This document shows, in pieces, positions 9,404-19,346 of a DNA stretch of 64,000 bases. Under the pieces are notes generated by a model, which searched no databases, was not told the DNA's origin, and saw only the letters and a list, made by a program, of their open reading frames with translations. The DNA lies in the sequence record DRR723986_1312; one strand, 5' to 3'. Position 1 is the stretch's first letter. Each line of letters opens with the position of its first letter. The translations under genes and the position numbers were made by a program.

Positions 9404-11077
9404 TTAGAACTGAGCTATAAATTCGGTAAGATTTTCGGTTCTGTCGATTGAGAACTTTTTTCGAAGTCTATACCGGGAAGTATGAACACTTTCTATAGAT
9501 ATTCCTAACAGCGATGCCATTTCCTTACTACTAAAATTCAGCTTAACGAGTGCGCAGATTTTGAGATCAGTTTGGGAAAGTTCTGGATATTGCTTTTGCA
9601 GATTTTCGTAGAAACTTTGGTTGATAGCTGTGAACCTAGCTTCAAACTCCTTCCAGTTACTACCCGGAGTTCCCTGAACCGATTTTATCATCCGCTTTAG
9701 ACTATTCACATCTACCAATCCTTTGTCATCAGAAAGGTTGTTTTTGAGTTTATCTATAAATTCATCTTTTTCTATAAGTTGCAGTGCAGTAGCTGTCAGC
9801 TCCTTGTTCTTCAATTCCAAAATCTCACTACTCTTCTGCCGTTCCATTTGCCTTCTTTCTGCCAGTGCTGATTTCTCCAAAAGGTGTTTTCTACGAATGT
9901 TGCGAACTAGCAAGTACCCATAAACTACCAGAGAGACCAGAACTACACCTAATAGCCATAATTTTAAGGTATTTATTCTTTCTTCGTTCTCTAGTTTAGC
10001 AATGTGTTGCTCCTTGATCAATTCTTTTTCCTTTTCTTTTTGAAGCCTGTATTGGTCATTGATTGCAAAAAGATGCTTGTTGTTTTTACTATCAGGACCA
10101 AAAATCTCAGCGTTTATCTCATTGACTTCCTTGGAGTGCTGATATGCACGTGGGAAATCATTGGTGAGCGCATAGATTGAAGCCAAAGCCTCGTGTGACA
10201 TTAATTTATAATTGGAATGGGATTGAAATTGCTTGGAAAGTTCGAGAGCTTGATTGTATTCCGCTGCGCTTTTTGCCAAATCGCCCATATTTCTAAATAC
10301 ATTCCCAAGCATGGTATGGATCACGATTAAGTAAGAGCGGTCATTTTTTTCGAAGAATTTCTGTGACTCTGCCAGCTTTTCGAAAGCACTGTCGAAGTCA
10401 CCTTGCATGCCGTCTAGATAGCCATCTTCTGCCACCACATAGTTCATAGGAGGATTGCCTATTTCCTTCTGAAGTTGATAGCAACTATCAAGATATTTAG
10501 CAGCTGTAATGTAATCTCCGTTGACGCGGTAAAAGTTAATCAGTGAGAAATAGTCACTTATTATATAAGTTGCATCAATTATTTTTAGCTCATATAACTC
10601 CTTATTAATAGTAAGTCCAAGATTGAAATACTTAAGAGCTTCTTCATCGCGATGATAAAAACTATATAGCCACCCCAACTCTTGATATATTTTTGCTTTG
10701 AATAGATTGTTGTTGATTTGATCCGCTAAAATTAAAGCTTCCCAATAGCCATCGTATGAATTTCCATAGTCGAGTAAATGGGCATACATACTTGATAATT
10801 CATTCAGTGAAAGTATCAAATTCACTGTGTCTTTATTATCTCGGTGTAGTTCTATTGCATTTTTTAACTGAAGAATTGAACTGTCAGAATTGCTGTACTT
10901 AAGTTCATTGGATTTAAAGGGGTTTTCTCTGCTTGTAGAGTTGCTTTGCGCAAGACTTGTCAGGTTCGTCAAGATTGTCAAGACAAAAACAACACAAATC
11001 AAGGGGGTAATCGCAACGATTTTTGAAGGCTTGCTATAACAAAGGAATGATGATAATTCGAAATGAAATTGATTCAT
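9404..11077 (-). CDS. Membrane-anchored TPR sensor / LuxR-type HTH transcriptional regulator
   Basis: N-terminal hydrophobic segment, TPR-like helical repeats, TM helix (LWLLGVVLVSLVVYGYLLV), C-terminal LSQTDLKICALVKLNFSSKEMASLLGISIESVHTSRYRLRKK HTH. Confidence 0.85.
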   Translation of the reverse strand: MNQFHFELSSFLCYSKPSKIVAITPLICVVFVLTILTNLTSLAQSNSTSRENPFKSNELKYSNSDSSILQLKNAIELHRDNKDTVNLILSLNELSSMYAHLLDYGNSYDGYWEALILADQINNNLFKAKIYQELGWLYSFYHRDEEALKYFNLGLTINKELYELKIIDATYIISDYFSLINFYRVNGDYITAAKYLDSCYQLQKEIGNPPMNYVVAEDGYLDGMQGDFDSAFEKLAESQKFFEKNDRSYLIVIHTMLGNVFRNMGDLAKSAAEYNQALELSKQFQSHSNYKLMSHEALASIYALTNDFPRAYQHSKEVNEINAEIFGPDSKNNKHLFAINDQYRLQKEKEKELIKEQHIAKLENEERINTLKLWLLGVVLVSLVVYGYLLVRNIRRKHLLEKSALAERRQMERQKSSEILELKNKELTATALQLIEKDEFIDKLKNNLSDDKGLVDVNSLKRMIKSVQGTPGSNWKEFEARFTAINQSFYENLQKQYPELSQTDLKICALVKLNFSSKEMASLLGISIESVHTSRYRLRKKFSIDRTENLTEFIAQF

Positions 11078-11476
11078 TTGGCGTATTTGGGCTTGTTTTG
11101 GGTTGTATTGACTGTTTTTTACAAAATATTCTGAAGTGAAGGCCGCTTCGGAATATTTGTAAGGACAATTTATAGATCGTCCAGAATAATTTTTTGCTTT
11201 TTCAGACTTTTTATCGCCTTGTTCAGTTTTTGTCTAGGTGGATTCTGGGGTATTATTCTTTTCAAATCTCATATTTGTTCAAAGCGAAAGGATATAAAAA
11301 ATGTTTTTCTCGACGCTTCCTTTTGAAATGAAGCTTATAAAAGTGCCTGATTTTGATGTTGGAAATTTAGACAACTTTTTGGCTGGATGATTTAATGAAA
11401 TAAATATGTGTTGGTTTCAGATTATAATCTTTTTTCAAAGTAAATAAGTAAGTAAAACCCAAAATGAAAAATATAT

Positions 11477-12679
11477 ATGAATTACAAATCACTTCTATAT
11501 TCCTTATTAGGAGTTATGTTTTTACAGGCTTGTGATCCTGCATCAAAAAAAGAAATAGCTACTTTTGAAGAAGAAATCACTGTCAGCCCAGAGCAATTAG
11601 ACAAACTTGGAATTACTAATGCAGATCATCTTAGTGCTGCTTCTAAACGAGCATTGAAATGGCCAAATATCGGTAATGAGTGGTTTATTGAGTTTTCAGG
11701 TCTTCAACCTCTCAAAGGTGATCTTGCTTACGAAGAAGGTGTAGTTCGCAGAGATCCCAGCGCCATGATCTTTGAAAATGGTAAATATTACGTCTGGTAC
11801 AGTAAGAGTGTCGGGCCGACGGATGGATTTGCAGGAGATATAGAGAAGGACAAGGTTTTCCCCTGGGATCGATGCGATATCTGGTATGCAACCTCGGAAG
11901 ACGGTTGGACTTGGAAGGAAGAGGGGATGGCTGTAGGTCGAGGAGAGCCTGGGGCTTATGATGACCGTTCGGTATTTACTACTGAGATTATGAAACACGA
12001 TGGGGTGTACTATCTGACCTATCAAACGGTAAAATCTCCCTACACCGTCCGCGTAAAAAATCAAATCGGACTGGCTTGGTCAGACTCTCCAGATGGTCCT
12101 TGGACCAAAAGCGAAGAGCCCATTCTGAGCCCGGCTGACAACGGTATCTGGAAAGGCGAGGAGCAGGATCGCTTTGCAGTGGAGAAAAAAGGTGATTTTG
12201 ATAGTCACAAGGTTCACGATCCCTGCATACTTCCTTACAAAGGGAAGTTCTATCTCTACTATAAAGGCGAGCAAATGGGCGAAGAGATCACCTTTGGTGG
12301 TCGTCAGATCCGGCATGGAGTGGCTATAGCCGACAATCCAAAGGGTCCTTACGTCAAGTCTGAATTCAATCCCATCAGTAATAGTGGTCATGAGATCTGC
12401 GTGTGGCCATACAATGGCGGAATAGCTTCGCTGATCACGACGGACGGGCCTGAAAAGAATACGATTCAGTGGTCGCCTGACGGGATAAATTTTGAAATAA
12501 TGTCCTCCATCCAAGGAGCGCCACATGCCATCGGCTTGAACCGGACGGCAGATACAGAAAAGGAACCTACGGAGATCCTTCGATGGGGACTTTCCCACAT
12601 CTACAACAGCTACAATTACCAAAGTATCATGAGGTTTTCGTCAGCACGAAAAACGACTCACAAGGCTAAAGGAGAGTAA
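11477..12679 (+). CDS. GH117 alpha-1,3-(3,6-anhydro)-L-galactosidase (neoagarobiose hydrolase), lipoprotein
   Basis: Lipobox LQAC; SAASKR (SxAxxR), [20 protein letters not shown] and NSGHE motifs typical of GH117. Confidence 0.93.
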   Translation: MNYKSLLYSLLGVMFLQACDPASKKEIATFEEEITVSPEQLDKLGITNADHLSAASKRALKWPNIGNEWFIEFSGLQPLKGDLAYEEGVVRRDPSAMIFENGKYYVWYSKSVGPTDGFAGDIEKDKVFPWDRCDIWYATSEDGWTWKEEGMAVGRGEPGAYDDRSVFTTEIMKHDGVYYLTYQTVKSPYTVRVKNQIGLAWSDSPDGPWTKSEEPILSPADNGIWKGEEQDRFAVEKKGDFDSHKVHDPCILPYKGKFYLYYKGEQMGEEITFGGRQIRHGVAIADNPKGPYVKSEFNPISNSGHEICVWPYNGGIASLITTDGPEKNTIQWSPDGINFEIMSSIQGAPHAIGLNRTADTEKEPTEILRWGLSHIYNSYNYQSIMRFSSARKTTHKAKGE

Positions 12680-12702
12680 GCAAACCTAAAAACAAAAACA
12701 TT

Positions 12703-13719
12703 TTGAAAGCAACAGTTTACAATGGCAATCAATCCTTCACTGTGATTGAGAAGGAAATCGACGCGCCAAAATCAGGAGAAGTCCGCATCAAAGTCGCCTA
12801 TTCCGGCGTCTGCGGCACAGACGTTCACATCTTTCACGGCATGATGGACAAGCGGGTAAGCATCCCCCAGACGATTGGTCATGAGATGTCTGGAGTGATC
12901 GACGCAGTCGCAGACGATGTCACCGGATATGCAGTTGGTGAAAAAGTAGTGGTTCGTCCTCTGGACGATCGCTTGGTAAAAGCATCTGACAAAGGCTACA
13001 ATCATATCTGTGAAAAATTAAAATTCATCGGGATCGATAGCCCAGGTTCCATGCAGCAATACTGGAATGTTCCAGCGTTTGTGCTACACAAGCTTAAAGC
13101 TGAAACGGACTTAAAACTTGCCGCTTTGATCGAGCCATTATCTGTAGCGGTACATGACGTACGCATGTCTGGATTGGTGGCAGGAGAAACAGCTGTCGTA
13201 CTCGGCGGAGGCCCAATTGGCCTTCTTGTGGCACTGGTAGCTAAGGAAGCTGGTGCAAAGGTCATCATCTCGGAAGTGAATGAAACCCGAATCAAGATGG
13301 CTGGAGAATTTGGTCTTCAGGCGGTTAATCCTACCAAAATAGACCTTGTAGAGTTTGTGCGAGAGCAAACGGAAGGAAGATTGGCAGATGTCGTATTTGA
13401 GGTCGCGGGAGTTCAACCGGCTTTGGATGTGATGACGGAAGTAGCGGGAATCCGTGGCAGAATAGTGATGGTGGCAATTCACGGGCAGAAAAAACCGGTG
13501 GATTTATTCAAGTTTTTCTGGAAGGAATTGAAACTCATCGGAGCCAGAGTTTATGAGAAAGAAGATTATGAAAAGGCAATTGAGCTGGTAACTGCGAATG
13601 AGCTTCCTTTTGAAAAGATGATCACCGACGTGCAGCCTCTTTCCAACATCCAACAAGTATTTGAATCAATTGACAAAAATCCTGAAGGCCTGAAGGTATT
13701 GATGGATTGTCAACTTTAA
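12703..13719 (+). CDS. Zn-dependent MDR dehydrogenase, probable 2-keto-3-deoxy-L-galactonate 5-dehydrogenase
   Basis: GVCGTD, GHE and GGGPIG motifs; TTG start; clustered with the other anhydrogalactose catabolic genes. Specific role inferred from context. Confidence 0.75.
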   Translation: MKATVYNGNQSFTVIEKEIDAPKSGEVRIKVAYSGVCGTDVHIFHGMMDKRVSIPQTIGHEMSGVIDAVADDVTGYAVGEKVVVRPLDDRLVKASDKGYNHICEKLKFIGIDSPGSMQQYWNVPAFVLHKLKAETDLKLAALIEPLSVAVHDVRMSGLVAGETAVVLGGGPIGLLVALVAKEAGAKVIISEVNETRIKMAGEFGLQAVNPTKIDLVEFVREQTEGRLADVVFEVAGVQPALDVMTEVAGIRGRIVMVAIHGQKKPVDLFKFFWKELKLIGARVYEKEDYEKAIELVTANELPFEKMITDVQPLSNIQQVFESIDKNPEGLKVLMDCQL

Positions 13720-13744
13720 TTTTTAAACCCTAATAAAAGCATAC

Positions 13745-14515
13745 ATGGCAGTATTAGACACATTTAGATTAGATGGCAAAACAGCCTTAGTCACAGGTTG
13801 CAAGCGAGGAATAGGTAAAGCAATGGCGATAGGTCTGGCAGAAGCCGGGGCAAATATCATAGGCGTGAGTGCAACTTTGGAGGAATCGGGATCAGCCGTG
13901 GAGCAGGCTGTGCTAGCCACTGGACGGGAATTCACAGGCTACGCTTGCGACTTCAGCGACAGAAAAGCAGTCTATGAATTTATATCAAAAGTGAAGGTGG
14001 ATTTTCCGGTGATTGACATCTTGATCAATAACGCAGGTACGATTTTGCGTACACCAGCAGCTGAGCATCCTGACGAGATGTGGGACAAGGTGATCGAGGT
14101 CAACCAAAATTCCCAATTCATTCTCACCAGAGAATTTGGGAAAGAGATGATCGCTAGAGGATCTGGAAAGATTGTGTTTACAGCTTCTCTATTGACCTTC
14201 CAAGGCGGAATTACCGTGCCCGGTTATGCCGCTTCCAAAGGAGCTATCGGTCAGATGACTATGGCTTTTGCCAATGAATGGGCTGGAAAAGGGGTGAATG
14301 TCAATGCTATTGCACCAGGATATATCGATACTGATAATACCGAAGCATTAAGAAATGACCCCGAAAGATCGGCTTCGATTCTTTCCAGAATTCCCGCCGG
14401 ACGCTGGGGCAAGCCTGTAGATTTCGCTGGACCCACTGTTTTCCTTTGTTCAGATGCCGCCGCTTACATGCACGGCACGACCATGCTAGTCGATGGTGGC
14501 TGGATGGGTAGATAA
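13745..14515 (+). CDS. KduD-like SDR, probable 2,5-diketo-3-deoxy-L-galactonate 5-reductase
   Basis: TGCKRGIG, NNAG, YAASKG and VDGGWMGR motifs, strongly KduD-like; pathway context. Confidence 0.8.
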   Translation: MAVLDTFRLDGKTALVTGCKRGIGKAMAIGLAEAGANIIGVSATLEESGSAVEQAVLATGREFTGYACDFSDRKAVYEFISKVKVDFPVIDILINNAGTILRTPAAEHPDEMWDKVIEVNQNSQFILTREFGKEMIARGSGKIVFTASLLTFQGGITVPGYAASKGAIGQMTMAFANEWAGKGVNVNAIAPGYIDTDNTEALRNDPERSASILSRIPAGRWGKPVDFAGPTVFLCSDAAAYMHGTTMLVDGGWMGR

Positions 14516-14536
14516 CTCACCTTTAATGAGATCAAT

Positions 14537-15994
14537 ATGTCAGATATAAAAGAATACAAATTATTCATCGATGGAGAATGGGTCAGATCCGAATCTGGCG
14601 AGACCATAGATATCATCAACCCGAGCACGGAAGAAGTGGTGGCCAAAGTTCAAAATGGGACAGTGGCTGAGGCAATAAAAGCATTGGAAGCGGCACAAGC
14701 TGCGCAAAAATCCTGGGGCAAGATGCCTCCAAGAAAACGCGCAGAGTTGCTTTATAAATTAGCAGCAGAGATCAAAGCAAACGCTGATTACTTGGCTGAA
14801 TTGCTGGTAAAAGAGCAGGGGAAACTGCTTAAGGTAGCCAAAGGGGAAGTAGCTGTGACCGCCTCTTTTATAGAATATGCCTGCGAAGGAGCGAGAAGAA
14901 TCGAAGGAGATATTATTCCTTCGGATAATCCCGGGGAGCAGATTTGGATTCAGAAAATCCCCCGTGGAGTAGTAGTGGCGATCACAGCCTGGAATTTTCC
15001 TTTGGCACTAGCTGCAAGGAAACTCGGCCCTGCTTTGGTAGCTGGAAATACCATAGTGATGAAGCCAACCTCGGAGACTCCGTTGGCAACTTTGGAACTG
15101 GGAAATCTTGCCAATAAAGTAGGCATCCCAAAAGGTGTAATCAACATCCTGACCGGTCCAGGTCGGGCAATGGGGACCGCTTTGGTGGAGCATCCGATCA
15201 CCAAGATGGTAACTATGACTGGCTCTACTCCTGTGGGTCAGGATATTGCGAGAAATGCAGCCAAGAACCTGACTCATGTCCAGCTGGAGTTGGGAGGGAA
15301 AGCGCCCTTTATCGTTTTTGCCGATGCAGACATCGATGCTGCCGTGGATTCGGCGCTCCATTCTCGATTTGACAACTGTGGGCAAGTATGCACTTGTAAT
15401 GAGCGCATGTATGTGCAGGAAGATGTTTACGAGGTTTTCATGGAAAAATTCCTTGCCAAGACTAAAGCACTGAAGGTGGGCGATCCGATGTTGGACGATA
15501 CAGACATGGGCCCAAAGGTCAATAAATCTGAATTGGCTCACATGGAAAAGCTGGTAGAAATCAGTATCGCTGAAGGGGCCACTGTAGCGACCGGAGGTAA
15601 ACGTCCAGCTGGAGCTGAATTTGAAAAGGGCTATTGGTTTGAGCCAACTGTACTGACCAATGTGACTCAGGACATGACCATCATGCATGAAGAGTCTTTC
15701 GGTCCCATACTTCCTGTGATGAAGTTCAAGTCTTTCGACGAGGTAATCGGCTATGCCAATGACTGTGAATATGGCTTGGCGGCGATGGTTTTTACTAACG
15801 ACATGAACCTGATCATGCGTTGCAACGAGGAACTGGAATATGGAGAAATCTATGTCAACAGAGGTCACGGAGAGCAACATCAAGGCTTTCACAATGGATA
15901 CAAACTTTCCGGAAGTGGCGGTGAAGATGGCAAGTATGGCTTCGAGCAGTACCTGGAGAAAAAGACTTTCTACGTCAACTATAACAGATCATGA
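14537..15994 (+). CDS. Aldehyde dehydrogenase, probable 3,6-anhydro-L-galactose dehydrogenase
   Basis: AWNFP, MTGS, LELGGK, catalytic Cys in GQVCTC and EESFGP motifs; adjacent to cycloisomerase and GH117. Confidence 0.85.
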   Translation: MSDIKEYKLFIDGEWVRSESGETIDIINPSTEEVVAKVQNGTVAEAIKALEAAQAAQKSWGKMPPRKRAELLYKLAAEIKANADYLAELLVKEQGKLLKVAKGEVAVTASFIEYACEGARRIEGDIIPSDNPGEQIWIQKIPRGVVVAITAWNFPLALAARKLGPALVAGNTIVMKPTSETPLATLELGNLANKVGIPKGVINILTGPGRAMGTALVEHPITKMVTMTGSTPVGQDIARNAAKNLTHVQLELGGKAPFIVFADADIDAAVDSALHSRFDNCGQVCTCNERMYVQEDVYEVFMEKFLAKTKALKVGDPMLDDTDMGPKVNKSELAHMEKLVEISIAEGATVATGGKRPAGAEFEKGYWFEPTVLTNVTQDMTIMHEESFGPILPVMKFKSFDEVIGYANDCEYGLAAMVFTNDMNLIMRCNEELEYGEIYVNRGHGEQHQGFHNGYKLSGSGGEDGKYGFEQYLEKKTFYVNYNRS

Positions 15995-17085
15995 GCAATT
16001 TGATAAAAGAAGTAAACTGTAAGCTTTTCAAGGTTCCTTTACCGGAAGTTTTAAATGATGCCAAGCATGGCGATCATACCCATTTTGAATTGGTGACTAC
16101 GACCATTACTCTGGAAGATGGGAGTGAGGGAACCGGATATACTTATACCGGAGGAAAAGGAGGTCATGCCATTAAGGCGATGGTAGAATATGACTTTGCT
16201 GGAGTTCTGGTGGGAAAAGACGCGAGTGATATAGACGGAATCTACGATTTCATGGAATGGCACATTCACTATGTCGGACGTGGAGGAATTGCCTCTTTTG
16301 CTATTTCTACCATTGACATTGCACTTTGGGACATTAAGTGCAAGAAAGCAAATCAGCCATTATGGAAGTTGGCAGGCGGGGCAGATAACACCTGCAAAGC
16401 TTACTGTGGAGGGATTGATCTGCAGTTTCCGCTGGAAAAGCTTTTACATAATATAGAAAGCTACCTTGCCCGGGGATTCAATGCCGTGAAAATCAAAATC
16501 GGCCGCCCAAACTTGCAGGAAGATCTAAACCGTATTTGTGCGGTGAGGAAGTTCATTGGTCCGGATGTCACTTTCATGGTAGATGCCAATTACTCCATGG
16601 ATGTGGAGAAGGCTATCAAGGCTATTGAAGGGTTCAGAGAGTACGACATTACTTGGTTTGAAGAACCTATTATTCCTGATGATTACCTAGGCTATGGAGA
16701 GATTGTAGATAGGACTGGTTTTCCGCTGGCGATGGGTGAAAACCTCCATACCATCCATGAGTATGAGTACGCGATGGAGCAGGCAAAGCTTTCTTTTATA
16801 CAGCCTGACGCCTCGAATTGTGGAGGAATCACTGGTTGGCTCAAAGCGGCTCGGTTAGCTGCAAAATATGGCGTACCCGCTTGTTCACATGGCATGCAGG
16901 AATTGCACGTAAGCTTAGTCTCCTCGCAGCCGAATGCGGGTTGGTTGGAGGTGCATAGTTTTCCAATAGATGAATATACCACCAGGCCACTTGTTGTCGA
17001 AAATTTCAGGGCAGTGGCTCCTGACACTCCTGGTGTAGGAGTTGTGTTTGACTGGGAAAAACTCAGCCCTTATTTACATGCTTAA
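15991..17085 (+). CDS. Mandelate racemase/enolase superfamily, probable 3,6-anhydro-L-galactonate cycloisomerase
   Basis: KIK, VDAN, EEP, GEN and SHG motifs; ATGA overlap with the aldehyde dehydrogenase. Confidence 0.85.
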   Translation: MSNLIKEVNCKLFKVPLPEVLNDAKHGDHTHFELVTTTITLEDGSEGTGYTYTGGKGGHAIKAMVEYDFAGVLVGKDASDIDGIYDFMEWHIHYVGRGGIASFAISTIDIALWDIKCKKANQPLWKLAGGADNTCKAYCGGIDLQFPLEKLLHNIESYLARGFNAVKIKIGRPNLQEDLNRICAVRKFIGPDVTFMVDANYSMDVEKAIKAIEGFREYDITWFEEPIIPDDYLGYGEIVDRTGFPLAMGENLHTIHEYEYAMEQAKLSFIQPDASNCGGITGWLKAARLAAKYGVPACSHGMQELHVSLVSSQPNAGWLEVHSFPIDEYTTRPLVVENFRAVAPDTPGVGVVFDWEKLSPYLHA

Positions 17086-17094
17086 CCGAAGTTT

Positions 17095-18138
17095 ATGAAA
17101 CCGACAGAAACTGACTTTGGTCGGATAGGAGATGCGACCATCACGCTATTTACCCTGAGCAATTCAAATGGAATGCAGGTGAAAATAATGAATTATGGAG
17201 CTACAATCACATCGGTTCAGGTGCCTGATCGAGATGGCAATCTGACCGAGGTTGCTTGTGGATTTGATTCCTTGGAGGGCTATTTTTCTGAGAATTATAA
17301 GGCTAATTCCCCGTATTTCGGCGCAACTATAGGTCGCTATTGCTCTCACATCAAGGATGCAAAATTCAGTTTGAATGGCAAAGATTATCAGCTCGCAGGT
17401 AATGGTGGAGGGAATAACCTTCATGGAGGTACGGTCGGATTCGATAAGAAAATATGGTCCGCCAAAGTAGTGGAGGATTCACCCGATTCATCTCTTGAGA
17501 TGAACTTACTGAGTGAGGATATGGAGGAAGGTTTCCCTGGCAATGTAGCGGTCAAAGTTCTTTTTTCCTTGAATGAATCCAATGAACTCAGTATACGCTA
17601 CCAAGCCAAGACAGATGCACCTACGCCTTTGGCCGTCACCAATCATACTTACTTCAATCTAAGTGGTTTCAAGAATAACATTCTTGGGCACAGTGCTCAG
17701 ATCTCAGCAAGTCGCCGCTTGGCTATGGATGCTACAGGAGCGGTGACAGGTTATGTGATTGATTTGGAAAAGCAACCCGATAATTTAAGTCAAGCCAAGA
17801 TAATAGCCGAGGTGCATCAGGAAATGAATGATGGTTTTGAGCATTACTATGTATTTGATAAGCCTGTTTTCAAATTTGAGAAAGTAGCTGAAATCACCTG
17901 TGCCGAGACAGGTATCTCTTTGGATATCACTACCGATGAGCCGGGGATGCTTTTCTATACGGGAAAATATACCTGCGATTCCTTGCGCCGGGAAAGCGGA
18001 CATGCATTCGGTAAATTTCGTGGATTTTGCTGCGAGACCCATAGATTTCCCAATGGTCCAAACCTCCCCGGCCTTGCGGGCACTATCCTGAACCCTGGCG
18101 AAGAGTTCAACTCCATGACCAAGTACAGTTTTTACTAA
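17095..18138 (+). CDS. galM: Aldose 1-epimerase (galactose mutarotase)
   Basis: GATIGR, LHGG, GFPG, TNHTYFNL and CETH motifs. Confidence 0.9.
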   Translation: MKPTETDFGRIGDATITLFTLSNSNGMQVKIMNYGATITSVQVPDRDGNLTEVACGFDSLEGYFSENYKANSPYFGATIGRYCSHIKDAKFSLNGKDYQLAGNGGGNNLHGGTVGFDKKIWSAKVVEDSPDSSLEMNLLSEDMEEGFPGNVAVKVLFSLNESNELSIRYQAKTDAPTPLAVTNHTYFNLSGFKNNILGHSAQISASRRLAMDATGAVTGYVIDLEKQPDNLSQAKIIAEVHQEMNDGFEHYYVFDKPVFKFEKVAEITCAETGISLDITTDEPGMLFYTGKYTCDSLRRESGHAFGKFRGFCCETHRFPNGPNLPGLAGTILNPGEEFNSMTKYSFY

Positions 18139-18171
18139 TTCTATTATAACTCAACCCAAAATTCAACCAAA

Positions 18172-19185
18172 ATGACTGAAGGAGTTTTATTGGCAATCAC
18201 CGCCGGCGTTATGCTTGGTCTTTACGCTTTGCCAGAGAAGTTTACCAAAGGATTCACCTATGAAAATACCTGGAGCCTTTTCTTTTTATTGACCATGTTT
18301 GTGGTGCCTATCGTGGCATCAGTTCTATTGATAGATGGTTTCGGTCAGATTTTCGGAGAGATGCCCGCAGAACTCTGGCTAAAAATGGGCTTAGCAAGCT
18401 TCCTTTGGGGGATCGGCGTGATGATGTGGAGCAAAGCTATCAATCACATCGGGCTTTCACTGGGATTCTCAATCTTTATAGGTACTGTCATTTTTATCGG
18501 TTCTCTGATTCCATTTGCCGTGGATGGCTTGCCCGATAAAGAGTCTTTGATTCTGATTCTGATCGGTATATTGGTTGTACTTTTCGGCGTTATTCTTAAA
18601 GGAAAAGCTGGTTTGATCCGTGAGAAAGACGAGGCTTTGGCACACATAAACAACCTGACTGTAGACACCAAAGGCTCTATGGCAACAGGGATACTGATCG
18701 CTGTAATTGGAGGTTTGTTAGCGACAGGATTTAGCTATGCGAATGCTGTGGGGAGACCTTATTTACACGAAGCAAGCCAAGCACAGGGAAATGCAGATTG
18801 GGTGACAGCAGTTGCGGTTATGTTTCCGATTTTTATAAGTGGTGGTGTCGTGATGGCGGCATACTTTGGTTATCATTTATCCAAAAAGAAAGCATGGTCT
18901 GCGTTCAAGACTCCTTCATTTAGCAAGAATTTCATTTTGATTCTAATCATGGCCGTCTTCCATTATGCGGCTTCAGCACTGTTTGCCTTTGCAGCTTTCA
19001 AACTGGGAGAATCTGGAAATACGGTAGGTTATGCGATCTACAATACTTCCTGCGTAGTCACTGCGATACTAAGTGGGATCATCACCAAAGAGTGGATTTC
19101 AGCTTCTCCAAAGTCTAAGAAACTGCTTTACGCCGGAGTGGCCTGTATGGTGATAGGAATAGTGGTGATCGCAATGGGGAATTAG
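18172..19185 (+). CDS. RhaT-like (DMT superfamily) sugar/H+ symporter
   Basis: About 10 hydrophobic segments; ENTW, LWGIG...IGLSLG and KEW motifs as in RhaT. Confidence 0.8.
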   Translation: MTEGVLLAITAGVMLGLYALPEKFTKGFTYENTWSLFFLLTMFVVPIVASVLLIDGFGQIFGEMPAELWLKMGLASFLWGIGVMMWSKAINHIGLSLGFSIFIGTVIFIGSLIPFAVDGLPDKESLILILIGILVVLFGVILKGKAGLIREKDEALAHINNLTVDTKGSMATGILIAVIGGLLATGFSYANAVGRPYLHEASQAQGNADWVTAVAVMFPIFISGGVVMAAYFGYHLSKKKAWSAFKTPSFSKNFILILIMAVFHYAASALFAFAAFKLGESGNTVGYAIYNTSCVVTAILSGIITKEWISASPKSKKLLYAGVACMVIGIVVIAMGN

Positions 19186-19346
19186 AATTTTCTTTTAATC
19201 AGTAATTAAATCAAAATCCCTTTGCTGGAAAAGCTGGAAGATGGGTGATCTAAGTGCCCTCAAAGCAGGCGTTTGTCTTAAATCAGTTGCTATAATTCTT
19301 TCGCTAGGGAAAAACTTAGATTGTTCATTTAATTAAACATACAGCT

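Noticed and set aside
12080-12622. 180-aa minus-strand ORF
   Set aside because: Antisense shadow of GH117.
15008-15892. 294-aa minus-strand ORF
   Set aside because: Antisense shadow of the aldehyde dehydrogenase, with no recognisable motifs.
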